Positions 47,059-56,463 of a stretch of 64,000 nt of DNA are shown piece by piece. Within the stretch, counting starts at the first letter, position 1, and each line of letters begins with the position of its first letter. Origin of the DNA: Clostridia bacterium (GTDB lineage: Bacteria; Bacillota; Clostridia; Christensenellales; SZUA-584). The notes beneath the pieces are model-generated. The model was given only the letters and a program-made list of their open reading frames with translations. It was not told where the DNA came from and did no database searches. Position numbers and translations under genes: made by a program. The stretch lies in the NCBI GenBank assembly GCA_018648645.1, contig JABGQS010000013.1, positions 2,994 to 66,993 of the forward strand, in the 5' to 3' direction.

Positions 47059-49752
47059 ATGGGCACAGTGAACATCACGATAAACGACAAGCAAATAAAA
47101 GCGCAGCTCGGCAGCAGCGTGCTTAGCGCCGCCGCAAAGAACGGCATCCATATTCCCGCACTGTGCGACAACGAGCTGTTGGACGCCAAAAACGGTGCAG
47201 CCTGCCGAATCTGCGTGGTGGAGATTGACGGACGCAAAACTCTGTCGCCCTCCTGCGCAACGGCGGTAAGCGAGGGTATGGGTATCCGTACCGACACCGA
47301 CAGAGTAATCAAAACCCGCAAAATGCTTCTCGAGCTTATCATAGCGAACCATCCGCTCGATTGCGATACATGCGAGAAGAACAATCGCTGCGCATTGCAA
47401 ACTTACTGCTCCGACTACGGAGTAGAGGATTCAAGATTCGCAGGCGGCGAGACCAAGAATTACGCTCCCGACACCAGCAACAAGTTCTACGACTACGACG
47501 CGAACAAGTGCATACTGTGCGGCAACTGCACACGGGTCTGTGGCGAGCTTCAAGTAAACGGCGCTATCGGGCGCGCAGGCAGAGGCTTCGAAACACGCGT
47601 AGCTGCTGCGTTCGACGAGTCTCTGGACAAATCGGTTTGCGTTTCCTGCGGCAACTGCGTATCGGCATGCCCTGTGGACGCATTGCTGCCAAAGCCAAAA
47701 GGTAAACGGCGCTCGTCCGAAACCGGAAAAGTGAAAACAACGTGTCCATATTGCGGCGTCGGCTGCCAAATGAACCTAATTATCGATGACAATCACGTCA
47801 TAGATGTAGAGCCGGTAAATGGCCTCGCCAACCGCGGTCTGCTTTGCGTGAAAGGCAAGTTCGGCATGGAGTTTATCGACAAGCCGGACAGGTTGACGGT
47901 GCCGCTTATCAAGCGGAACGGCGAGTTTGTCGAGTCAACATGGGAGCAGGCACTAAGCCTTATCGCAGACAAAATCACCGATGTAAGAGACAAACACGGC
48001 GCGGATGCTATCGCAGGGCTTTCCTCCGCCAGAGTCACCAACGAGGAAAACTATCTGTTCCAAAAATTTATAAGAATGCTCGGCACAAACAATGTAGACC
48101 ATTGCGCGCGGTTGTGCCACGCGTCTACAGTCACGGGGCTTGGCACAACGCTCGGCAGCGGCGCCATGACAAACAGCAACGCCGAAATTCTCGGTGCCGA
48201 TGTAATACTCGTCAGCGGATCAAACACCACCAAAACGCATCCGGTTTTGGGCTCATTCATGAAGCAGGCGCAAACGCGCGGCGCAAAACTCATCGTCATC
48301 GAGCCGCGCAGAATCGAGCTTGCACAAACGGCGGATGTGTTTTTGCAGATTAACCCGGGGACAAACGTCGCCGTGTACAACGCGATGATGCACGTCATTA
48401 TCGAAGAAGGACTCCAAGACAAAAACTATATCGCGCAGAAAACCGAGAACTATGACGCGCTTAAAGCGCTGGTTGCGCAGTGCCCGCCCGAAATCGCTGC
48501 AAAAATCTGCGACGTACACGCGGACGATATACGAGCTGCTGCGCGGCTGTACGCAAGCGCAGACAAAGCGGGCATATTCTACAGCATGGGCGTCACCCAG
48601 CACACGAGCGGCACGGACGGCGTCAAGAGCGTCAGCAACTTAGCGCTGCTGTGCGGTAACGTTGGTATCGAGTCAGGCGGCGTCAACCCACTGCGCGGAC
48701 AAAACAACGTGCAGGGCGCTTGCGACATCGGCGCGCTTCCAAACGTGTTCACAGGCTATCAAAAAGTTACCGACGAGCAGGCAAGGGCTAAATTTAGCAA
48801 GGCGTGGGGAGCCAAGCTGTCCGACAAAAACGGACTTACGCTAACCGAAATTATCCGAAAGAGCGGCGAAGGCGACATCAAATTCCTGTACATCATGGGC
48901 GAAAATCCGATGGTTTCCGACCCCGATTTAAACCACGTAGAGCAAGCTCTAAATGACAGCGAATTCATTGTTGTGCAGGACATCTTTATGACGGAAACAA
49001 CGGCGTTTGCCGATGTGATTCTTCCCGCCACTTCGTTTGCAGAAAAGGACGGAACATTCACTAACACAGAGCGCAGGGTACAGCGCGTGCGCAAAGCGAT
49101 AGAACCGATAGGACAAAGTAAAGCTGATTGGCAGATTATCATGGCGTTGATGAGCAAAATGGGTCTTGCGCAAACCTACAATCACCCAAATGAAATCATG
49201 GACGAAATTTGCCAGCTTACACCGCTTTACGGCGGCATCAGCTTCGAGCGAATCGAGGACGAAGGTCTGCAGTGGCCGTGTCCCGATGCGTCGCACCCCG
49301 GCACGAAATATCTGCACAAAGACAAAATCGCACGCGGCAAAGGGCTTTTCGCACCCGCGCCGTACGTGCCCAGCGACGAACTTCCGGACAGCGAGTACCC
49401 GTTCTATTTCTCCACAGGTCGTATACTGTATCACTATCACACCGCTACCATGACTAAACGGGTGGAGGGAATCAGAAAGATGTTTCCCAAATCGTTTGTG
49501 CAGATTCATCCGAAGGACGCAGACAAACTCAGCATAAGAAACGGTGACAAACTAATCGTTGCGTCTCGGCGCGGAGAGGTGACGACCACCGCTAAAGTCA
49601 CCGACATGGTCAAGCAAGGGCTGCTGTTTATGCCGTTCCACTTTGCTGACGGACCTGCAAACATGCTAACGAACCCCGCACTCGACCCGGTTGCAAAGAT
49701 ACCCGAGCTGAAAGTTTGCGCTGCAAAAATCAAAAAAGTATCGCAGACTTGA
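47059..49752 (+). CDS. fdhA: Formate dehydrogenase alpha subunit (Mo/W-bisPGD, Cys-type, with NuoG-like N-terminal Fe-S domains)
   Basis: AGGAGAG RBS. Motifs CRICVVE, HPLDCDTCEKNNRC, CILCGNCTRVC, CVSCGNCVSACP, TTCPYCGVGCQ. Active-site region VDHCARLCHAST uses a TGC codon (48115-48117) where Sec-type enzymes have TGA. Confidence 0.9.
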   Translation: MGTVNITINDKQIKAQLGSSVLSAAAKNGIHIPALCDNELLDAKNGAACRICVVEIDGRKTLSPSCATAVSEGMGIRTDTDRVIKTRKMLLELIIANHPLDCDTCEKNNRCALQTYCSDYGVEDSRFAGGETKNYAPDTSNKFYDYDANKCILCGNCTRVCGELQVNGAIGRAGRGFETRVAAAFDESLDKSVCVSCGNCVSACPVDALLPKPKGKRRSSETGKVKTTCPYCGVGCQMNLIIDDNHVIDVEPVNGLANRGLLCVKGKFGMEFIDKPDRLTVPLIKRNGEFVESTWEQALSLIADKITDVRDKHGADAIAGLSSARVTNEENYLFQKFIRMLGTNNVDHCARLCHASTVTGLGTTLGSGAMTNSNAEILGADVILVSGSNTTKTHPVLGSFMKQAQTRGAKLIVIEPRRIELAQTADVFLQINPGTNVAVYNAMMHVIIEEGLQDKNYIAQKTENYDALKALVAQCPPEIAAKICDVHADDIRAAARLYASADKAGIFYSMGVTQHTSGTDGVKSVSNLALLCGNVGIESGGVNPLRGQNNVQGACDIGALPNVFTGYQKVTDEQARAKFSKAWGAKLSDKNGLTLTEIIRKSGEGDIKFLYIMGENPMVSDPDLNHVEQALNDSEFIVVQDIFMTETTAFADVILPATSFAEKDGTFTNTERRVQRVRKAIEPIGQSKADWQIIMALMSKMGLAQTYNHPNEIMDEICQLTPLYGGISFERIEDEGLQWPCPDASHPGTKYLHKDKIARGKGLFAPAPYVPSDELPDSEYPFYFSTGRILYHYHTATMTKRVEGIRKMFPKSFVQIHPKDADKLSIRNGDKLIVASRRGEVTTTAKVTDMVKQGLLFMPFHFADGPANMLTNPALDPVAKIPELKVCAAKIKKVSQT

Positions 49753-49763
49753 AGGAGAGTCCC

Positions 49764-50534
49764 ATGGACGTGACCAAACAGTTTGATATAATTAATTATT
49801 CGGGCGGCGAACTTGAGTCGGTCGCCGACAGCGTGGTGGTCGAATACTCTTTAACGGTTTTTTTGAACGGAGATGAACTCGTCACAATGCTGTGCACACC
49901 AAAATCGCTGCAAAGCCTTGTGGTTGGCTTTCTTTACTCAGAAGGAATAATCGAATCGTTTTCGCAGATTTCGGACATTTTTATATGCCACAAGGACGGC
50001 ATTGCGCTCGTCACGCTGACAAAAAAGCGCATGAAAGCAATTGGGGATATCGACTTTAGAAAAACGATCACCAGCGGCTGCGCAAGCGGCAAGTCTGTCG
50101 AGAATGTATCAGCGGCGGACTATAAGAAAATCGAGACAACCATCAAGATAGACCAGCTCAAAGTTTTAGAGCTCATCAAACAGTTCAATAAAAAATCGGA
50201 AATATTCCTCAAAACGGGGGGTGTGCACAGTTGCGCATTGTGCTCGCAGGACGAGATTATTCTATTCGAAGAAGATATCGGGCGCCATAACGCGCTGGAA
50301 AAAATCCTCGGACAAGCATTGCAGGACAACATTGACCTAAGCGACAAGATGATACTCACATCCGGGCGGATATCCAGCGAGATAATCAAAAAAGCGGCAA
50401 AGCGGCGCATTCCTGTCGTGGTGTCAAGATCAGCGCCGACGGATGCAGCTATCGACCTGGCTAAATCGCTCGGCATCACGTTGATAGGGTTCGCCAGAGG
50501 AGCGCGGATGAACATATACACGCAATATCCATAA
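49764..50534 (+). CDS. fdhD: FdhD/FdsC-type formate dehydrogenase accessory sulfurtransferase
   Basis: GAAGGAGAG RBS, then ATG 49764. Motifs EDIGRHNALEK, TSGRISSE, VVVSRSAPT. Confidence 0.85.
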   Translation: MDVTKQFDIINYSGGELESVADSVVVEYSLTVFLNGDELVTMLCTPKSLQSLVVGFLYSEGIIESFSQISDIFICHKDGIALVTLTKKRMKAIGDIDFRKTITSGCASGKSVENVSAADYKKIETTIKIDQLKVLELIKQFNKKSEIFLKTGGVHSCALCSQDEIILFEEDIGRHNALEKILGQALQDNIDLSDKMILTSGRISSEIIKKAAKRRIPVVVSRSAPTDAAIDLAKSLGITLIGFARGARMNIYTQYP

Positions 50535-50682
50535 AAGCGTTTACCGCATTTGCTACGCAGGGAAAGTCAACTTAATTTTACAATTTATCATACTTTTGTG
50601 CTATATACCCGGCGGTAATAAAATATACAATAATATCATATGAAAACAAAACGAACACAAAACGTGAAAGGGAACTGTACTT

Positions 50683-51012
50683 ATGAAAATTAGCATTGAG
50701 AAAAACGTTGTAAATCTTGTGCCTGAAAGCACACACGAAAAGGCAGAGCTTGAAGCGCTGTGGAGACTAATGATCGACTGCAACGACCAAAGCAGAAAAA
50801 TGGTGCCGATTGGCGAATTTGTCCCGGCAAAGAATAACTCCGGCGCATCATTTCATATTGAAGGTCTGCCGCAGACAAAGCAGGAGTATACCGCAATTGC
50901 TGTAGATGAAGACAGCAGATGCTACTGTGCAACCTGCAACAACTTTGTGGATGTTAAAAAGGGATCGCCCATACCGCTGTGCTGCGGCAAATTGATGGAA
51001 GTCATAGACTAA
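50683..51012 (+). CDS. Hypothetical protein with a C-terminal desulforedoxin-like Cys4 motif
   Basis: AAAGGGA RBS. The C-terminus CATCNNFVDVKKGSPIPLCCGKLMEV matches the Dx/Dfx-N pattern CxxC-x14/15-CCGxxM. The N-terminal ~75 aa match nothing I recognise. Confidence 0.6.
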   Translation: MKISIEKNVVNLVPESTHEKAELEALWRLMIDCNDQSRKMVPIGEFVPAKNNSGASFHIEGLPQTKQEYTAIAVDEDSRCYCATCNNFVDVKKGSPIPLCCGKLMEVID

Positions 51013-51096
51013 TCTATCTGGTAAGCAAAGCGGATTCATGACGAAACCGATAGAGCGTTTACGTTTAGTTAAAGTATCGGGCTTTTTGATTCATTA

Positions 51097-51155
51097 GCAA
51101 CCAAATACATGTTGCTGTTCATATAGGATAGCAGCATGTTTTTTTTGTTGGTTGC
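51097..51155. terminator. Bidirectional terminator hairpin between convergent genes
   Basis: Outer stem GCAACCAA / TTGGTTGC, inner stem ACATGTTGCTG / GCAGCATGT, with a T8 run on the + strand. Confidence 0.65.
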
Positions 51156-51182
51156 AACTGCTGTCGCAATAGCTGAGGGAGC

Positions 51183-51515
51183 CTACTCAGTACCAACCAG
51201 CACATCCCCGTCCTGTGTTTTGACGGGATAAGCGATTGCGTCACCCACCTTAAATTTGATGAAAGCCAGTTTGCCTCCGTGCACAGCTTTGCCCGTTCTC
51301 ACATCGAACGCAGACCCGTGACGCGGACATACGATGTTGCCGCCATTTAGATTACCGTCCGAGAGTGAACCACCCATGTGAGGACACTTGTTATCAAGGG
51401 CATAATATGCACCGTCCAGCTTTGCCAGCATCAGCGTTTTGCCGTTTACAACGACCTTCATTTTGCCGCCGTCACTCAACTCTGACGCACTGTCAATTTT
51501 CACATATTCCATCAT
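51183..51515 (-). CDS. Small soluble Rieske [2Fe-2S] ferredoxin-like protein
   Basis: AGGAAGAGGTG RBS, then ATG 51515 (the listed ORF is longer). Rieske boxes CPHMGGSL and CPRHGSAF. Confidence 0.85.
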   Translation of the reverse strand: MMEYVKIDSASELSDGGKMKVVVNGKTLMLAKLDGAYYALDNKCPHMGGSLSDGNLNGGNIVCPRHGSAFDVRTGKAVHGGKLAFIKFKVGDAIAYPVKTQDGDVLVGTE

Positions 51516-51652
51516 AATGCACCTCTTCCTTATTAATGGTTCTATCATAACACTAATACCAATATGACACAAAACGCGAGTGCCAATATATATCTGTAAT
51601 GCCAATATCAAAGCAAGTTTATGATTTTTTTGTGGTCCTTATGACTTTTATG

Positions 51653-51681
51653 TTGACAATTTGGCGTGTGTACATTATCAT
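51653..51681 (+). promoter_or_regulatory. Sigma-70-type promoter for the hydrogenase operon
   Basis: TTGACA, 17 nt, TATCAT. About 210 nt upstream of ATG 51892. Confidence 0.5.
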
Positions 51682-51740
51682 GATAAATGAGCTCAAACAC
51701 AACAGCATTTACACTTTGTCTGTTTTGAGTTTAGGCATAA

Positions 51741-51758
51741 ATGTGAAATATTTCACAT
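51741..51758. promoter_or_regulatory. Perfect 18-bp palindrome matching the Rex operator (TTGTGAA-N4-TTCACAA), which also fits a CRP/FNR-type TGTGA-N6-TCACA box
   Basis: ATGTGAAATATTTCACAT is an exact reverse-complement palindrome. It lies between the predicted promoter and the first hydrogenase gene. Confidence 0.6.
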
Positions 51759-51891
51759 GAACCGTACGACAAAAAGACCTTTTTTTACAGCACGTGATGA
51801 AACCACCGACACCAAGGAATTTTACTTTAGAGATTTAAAAAAACATAGTGATTTAATGAACTGACACATACACAATATAGCGAGGTAGAAT

Positions 51892-52926
51892 ATGGAACAG
51901 TATCTTATTCTTTTCAAAAACGATTTCGACGACTTTGTTGAAAGGCTGGCTAAGATCCAAAAACTTGTTGCGCCTGTTAAGCGCGGCAGCAAGAGCTTTG
52001 CGTTCGATGAGGTGACCGCTGCGGAGGACGTGTCGCTGAACTACATACCGACAATACTCCCGCCCAAAAAGTATTTTATGCCGCAAAACGAAACCATCGT
52101 AGAATACGAGAAAAAGCAGAACAAGTGGGAAGCCATACTTTATTCTGAGGCAATCACGCTCTTTGGCGTGCACACGTGCGATCTTGCAGGCATTCAATGC
52201 CTCAACCTCGTGTTTTCTGACCGACCAAACGACGTCCACTACATTATCAGAAAGAAGAGAATACTTATCATCGGGCTCGAGTGCAACGATTACTGCGACG
52301 AATACGCCACCTGCGGATTGATGGACAACCACAACGCAAACGGCGGCTACGACCTGCTTATGACAGAGCTAGAGGACCGATTCGTCATTCATGTAAACAC
52401 TGTAGACGGCGAAGAGCTGATGGGCAAACTCGCAATGGTAAAGCCGGCTGACGCAGAGTCTATGACAATGCTCAACAAAATGCGCAACAAGAAAAGAGAA
52501 GTATTCCAGCCGGAAATCGATATAGAGCGCAAGGAGCTAAAGCCCCTGTTCGAAGAGTCATTCCAAGCCGAGGTTTGGGACAGTATTCACGAGAAATGCC
52601 TCTCATGCGGCAACTGCACAAACGTGTGCCCAACCTGCTATTGTTATGACGTTGAGGACGAAATTGACCTTGATTTTAACAAAGGCAAGATGGTACGCAA
52701 GTGGGACTCCTGCCAAAGCAGGCCGTTTGCAATGATCTCGGGCGGCGAGAACTTCCGGCCGGAGCGCGGCGGGCGGCAGCGCCACAGATACATGCGCAAA
52801 TTCAACTACCCATTCGAAAAATACAACCGTTATTTTTGCACAGGCTGTGGTCGGTGCTCAAGAACGTGTATGGCAAAAATCAACCTTAAAGAAACAATAG
52901 AAACATTAATTGAAGAGAAAAAATAG
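51892..52926 (+). CDS. hyhB: [NiFe] hydrogenase group-3b-type beta subunit (AsrA-like Fe-S protein)
   Basis: Motifs CLSCGNCTNVCPTCYCYD and CTGCGRCSRTC. First gene of a beta-gamma-delta-alpha order. Confidence 0.8.
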   Translation: MEQYLILFKNDFDDFVERLAKIQKLVAPVKRGSKSFAFDEVTAAEDVSLNYIPTILPPKKYFMPQNETIVEYEKKQNKWEAILYSEAITLFGVHTCDLAGIQCLNLVFSDRPNDVHYIIRKKRILIIGLECNDYCDEYATCGLMDNHNANGGYDLLMTELEDRFVIHVNTVDGEELMGKLAMVKPADAESMTMLNKMRNKKREVFQPEIDIERKELKPLFEESFQAEVWDSIHEKCLSCGNCTNVCPTCYCYDVEDEIDLDFNKGKMVRKWDSCQSRPFAMISGGENFRPERGGRQRHRYMRKFNYPFEKYNRYFCTGCGRCSRTCMAKINLKETIETLIEEKK

Positions 52927-52961
52927 GAACGCAACATTCCAAGAATACATCGAGGTGTAAA

Positions 52962-53798
52962 ATGGAAAGAACAGTACTATTAAAATCGCCGTATGTGGCA
53001 AGTGAAGGAAGAATCATCGAGAGCCGATTCCTAACTAAGGAAGAAAAATACTTCAAAATTGCGCTCAAAGGCGGCAAGCTGCTGGACTTTGTTCCGGGGC
53101 AGTTCGTTATGGTGGCAATCCCCGGTGCGGGCGAGGCACCCATATCGATAAGCTCGTCGCCGTCCCAAGTAGGGTATTTTGAAATCGTCGTGCGCAAAGT
53201 CGGCACATTTACTTCGGCCATCCACATGCTCGAAGAAGGCGACATGATTGGCATTCGTGGACCGTTTGGCTCGGGTTTTCCTGTCCGTATGCTCGAAGGA
53301 AACGACATGCTGTTTATCGCAGGCGGTCTTGGAATCATTCCGCTGCGCTCGCTCATCAACTACGTCATCGACAACAGACGCGATTACGGTAAAGTAAGCA
53401 TACTGCTCGGCTGCAAGTCGCCCGAGAACCTTCTGTTTTCCGACGAGCTTGACGAGTGGCAGCAACGTCTCGACGTCAACCTTGCATGCACGGTAGACAG
53501 AGCCGCGCCCGATTGGGACGGAAACGTCGGCCTCATCACATCGCTTATTCCGGGCGTCACGCTCGACAGCCATATGACATACGCAATTGTTGTCGGTCCG
53601 CCGGTAATGTACAAATACGTGCTCACTGAGCTCGTAAAAAAAGAAGTTCCGGAATCACAGATTTACGTATCGTTCGAGCGGCATATGAAATGCGGCGTCG
53701 GGCATTGCGGACACTGCCAGATGGGCAGCCTATATTGCTGCAAAGAAGGTCCGGTGTTCAACTACGCAAAGATCAAAGACAATATCGAAGCTTTATAG
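52962..53798 (+). CDS. hyhG: [NiFe] hydrogenase group-3b-type gamma subunit (FNR/PyrK/AsrB-like FAD-NAD(P) protein with [2Fe-2S])
   Basis: GAGGTG RBS. Motifs RFLTKEEKYF..GQFVMV, MLFIAGGLGIIPLRS, C-terminal CGVGHCGHCQMG...C. Confidence 0.8.
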   Translation: MERTVLLKSPYVASEGRIIESRFLTKEEKYFKIALKGGKLLDFVPGQFVMVAIPGAGEAPISISSSPSQVGYFEIVVRKVGTFTSAIHMLEEGDMIGIRGPFGSGFPVRMLEGNDMLFIAGGLGIIPLRSLINYVIDNRRDYGKVSILLGCKSPENLLFSDELDEWQQRLDVNLACTVDRAAPDWDGNVGLITSLIPGVTLDSHMTYAIVVGPPVMYKYVLTELVKKEVPESQIYVSFERHMKCGVGHCGHCQMGSLYCCKEGPVFNYAKIKDNIEAL

Positions 53799-53828
53799 TT
53801 TCAGCAAAATGATAGGAGTGTATCATTT

Positions 53829-54578
53829 ATGAAAAGGAAAACGGTAGCATTTTTTGACTTCACTTGCTGCGAAGGGTGCCAATTGCAGGTTGCCAACTTC
53901 GGAGAAGAGCTTCTGGATATTTTGGCGGCTATAGATGTTGTTATGTTCAGAGAAGTTATGTCCGAGAAAAGCGACGAATACGATGTCGCGATTATTGAAG
54001 GCAGCATCACAACCCCGCACGATGTCGAGCGTATCAAGGAAATCAGAGAGACAGCAACAACGGTGATTGCTCTTGGGTCGTGCGCCAGTATAGGCGGCAT
54101 CAACGGCATGAAGAACAGCTTTAAGCTCGAAGACGTGCAATCATACGTTTATGGCGAGGATGGCAAAAACTATTTCGAAACGATACCGACAATGGCGGTG
54201 CACCAAGTGGTCGATGTAGACTACTTCGTCCACGGATGCCCAATTTATCCGCCGGAGTTTGTAAAAATACTAAAGTACGCTTTGCAAGGGTTGCCCTACA
54301 CTGTCAAGGACGAAGCTGTATGCGTGGAATGCAAGCTCAACGAGAACGAATGCATGTATGAAAAGGGCTTAACGTGTCTCGGTCCAATCACCAAAGCGGG
54401 CTGCAACTCGTGGTGTATCAACTACGGAAACATATGCTACGGCTGCCGCGGTATGGTCAAAGAAACAACCAAAAACGCCAGCATAGATGTTATCAAGAAG
54501 TACGACATACCAATGGATTGGATTATGGGCAAGTTTGATATGTATAACAAAGCGACTGAGTCGGAGGAGAAAAAATAA
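53829..54578 (+). CDS. hyhS: [NiFe] hydrogenase small (delta) subunit
   Basis: AGGAG RBS. Motifs FDFTCCEGCQ, GSCASIGG, HGCP and C-terminal Cys clusters. Confidence 0.85.
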   Translation: MKRKTVAFFDFTCCEGCQLQVANFGEELLDILAAIDVVMFREVMSEKSDEYDVAIIEGSITTPHDVERIKEIRETATTVIALGSCASIGGINGMKNSFKLEDVQSYVYGEDGKNYFETIPTMAVHQVVDVDYFVHGCPIYPPEFVKILKYALQGLPYTVKDEAVCVECKLNENECMYEKGLTCLGPITKAGCNSWCINYGNICYGCRGMVKETTKNASIDVIKKYDIPMDWIMGKFDMYNKATESEEKK

Positions 54579-54580
54579 TC

Positions 54581-55912
54581 ATGGCAAGATCAGTTAATGT
54601 AGATGTTAAATATCTGACGCGCGTTGAAGGACACGGAAACATCGTCGTCAATGTAAAAGACGGAATAGTCGAAGAATGTAGGCTCGATATCGTTGAAGCA
54701 CCACGCTTTTTCGAAGCGATGCTGCGAGGTCGCTCCATTTTCGAAGCCCAGCATATCACCTCAAGAATATGCGGTATCTGTGCATGCGGTCACACAATCT
54801 CGTCCATTGCAGCTGCAGAGGATGCTATTGGCTTCACGCCGTCCGAGCAAACCACCAAGCTGCGCAAAATACTTCTCTATCAAGAGATGCTAGACAGCCA
54901 CATACTGCATATCTATCTGCTTGTAGCGCCCGATTTGCTGGGTGTGCCAAGCTTTGTACCTTTGATAGATACTCACGGCAACGTGGTTAAACGCGCGCTG
55001 CGCATGAAAAAAGCGTGCAACGATGTCTGCGCAGTTCTTGCAGGCAGACACATACACCCGATTTCTTCAATCGTCGGCGGGTTCACCAAAATTCCCGGCG
55101 AAAAAGAGCTCGACGCTATGCTCGATATTCTTTACGATATGCGTCCGGATATGGATTCGACAGTAGAGCTTATCAAAACTTTGGCACCGGCCATTCCCGT
55201 GTTCGAACGCGAAACAGAATACGTCGCTTTGGTCACCGATGATGACGAGTACCCAACGCTCGAAGGCGATTTGGGTTCTTCCGACGGTCTGCGTCTCGAC
55301 AAAAGCGAGTACTTAAAAATAACGAACGAGTTTGTAATGCCGCACTCATCGGCAAAGCACGCAAAAGCCAGCAGAAAATCGTACATGACGGGCGCACTAG
55401 CGCGCTTCAATATCAATTCCGAAAAACTGAACCCGAAAGCCAAAGCTGTTGCAGACGCGCTTGGCATGAAGCCGCCAATCATCAACCCATATATGAACAC
55501 CGCGGCGCAATTGGTAGAGTGCATGCACTACATGGAAGAGTCTATCGCGATTCTCGAAGACCTTAAGGCAAACGGCACCGACCAAAGCGAAGCGATTACT
55601 GTCGGGCTTAACGAGCGTAATGATATAAAAGTTAATAAGGGTCTTGGCGTAGGCGCAGTTGAAGTACCGCGCGGTCTGTTGTTCCACAGCTACGAAGTGG
55701 ACGAAACCGGCAAAATCGAGAACGCAAACTGCATCATCCCGACCAGCCAAAACGTCAATAACATCGAACACGATATGAGCAAATTGATACACGAGATTCT
55801 CGACAAACCGGACGAGGAAATCACGTTGATGTTCGAAATGCTCGTACGTGCGTACGACCCGTGCATTTCGTGCAGCGCACATTTCTTGGATGTAGAGTTC
55901 ATCAATCGCTGA
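54581..55912 (+). CDS. hyhL: [NiFe] hydrogenase large (alpha) subunit
   Basis: L1 motif RICGICACGH and L2 motif DPCISCSAH, followed by a 9-aa tail (FLDVEFINR) as expected for endopeptidase processing. Confidence 0.9.
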   Translation: MARSVNVDVKYLTRVEGHGNIVVNVKDGIVEECRLDIVEAPRFFEAMLRGRSIFEAQHITSRICGICACGHTISSIAAAEDAIGFTPSEQTTKLRKILLYQEMLDSHILHIYLLVAPDLLGVPSFVPLIDTHGNVVKRALRMKKACNDVCAVLAGRHIHPISSIVGGFTKIPGEKELDAMLDILYDMRPDMDSTVELIKTLAPAIPVFERETEYVALVTDDDEYPTLEGDLGSSDGLRLDKSEYLKITNEFVMPHSSAKHAKASRKSYMTGALARFNINSEKLNPKAKAVADALGMKPPIINPYMNTAAQLVECMHYMEESIAILEDLKANGTDQSEAITVGLNERNDIKVNKGLGVGAVEVPRGLLFHSYEVDETGKIENANCIIPTSQNVNNIEHDMSKLIHEILDKPDEEITLMFEMLVRAYDPCISCSAHFLDVEFINR

Positions 55913-55914
55913 CC

Positions 55915-56463
55915 ATGCAAAGGGGAAACCGACACGACAATATTGAAAAGTCTTTGATTGCGCCACTGCAAAAACTCGACCGGTACGGACTGCTGTCGGG
56001 GCGTTGCAATGGCGCTTTTGTAATGGCGGGAAACACGTTTCGCAGCGACGACGGCGTTGGCCCATACATCGCGCAACAGCTCGCACCCATACTTGACAAC
56101 CATCCCGCGCTTCGCCTTGTCGATGCCCACACCAACCCGGAAAACCACATCGACGAGTTGATTGCTTTTTCTCCCGCGCTCGTGGTCTTTATAGACGCCG
56201 CGAACTTTGGAGGGCTGCCGGGTGAGTTCATACTCATAGAAGACGAAGCGGCATTTGCGGCAAGCAGTGCAAGCACGCACACGATACCGCTTGGGGTCAT
56301 CGCGTCATTGATCAAATCGGAATGCGGCTGTGCTGTGATGTACATCGGCATACAAGCGGAGAATTTCTCTCTTGGAGAAACGCTTTCAGAAAGTGTGAAA
56401 AAGGCAGCAGATTTGTTTGTAAAAGCAATCCGCACCAGATTGTCGGGTACGCAACATGCATGA
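55915..56463 (+). CDS. Hydrogenase maturation endopeptidase (HycI/HoxW/FrhD family)
   Basis: Core AFVMAGNTFRSDDGVGPYIA...VFIDAA...STHTIPL. ATG 55915 lies 2 nt after the hyhL stop and gives a ~35-aa N-terminal extension. The alternative ATG 56023 would remove the first beta-strand. Confidence 0.75.
   Translation: MQRGNRHDNIEKSLIAPLQKLDRYGLLSGRCNGAFVMAGNTFRSDDGVGPYIAQQLAPILDNHPALRLVDAHTNPENHIDELIAFSPALVVFIDAANFGGLPGEFILIEDEAAFAASSASTHTIPLGVIASLIKSECGCAVMYIGIQAENFSLGETLSESVKKAADLFVKAIRTRLSGTQHA

Noticed and set aside
48115-48117. Possible selenocysteine (in-frame TGA plus SECIS) at the FDH active site.
   Set aside because: The codon aligned with the Sec/Cys ligand (HCARL-C-HAS) is TGC. The 897-aa frame has no internal TGA, so this is a Cys-type enzyme.
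55397-56435. Several 170-230-aa minus-strand ORFs opposite hyhL, the endopeptidase and hypA.
   Set aside because: They are antisense to genes with diagnostic [NiFe] L2, protease and HypA motifs, and they have no RBS.
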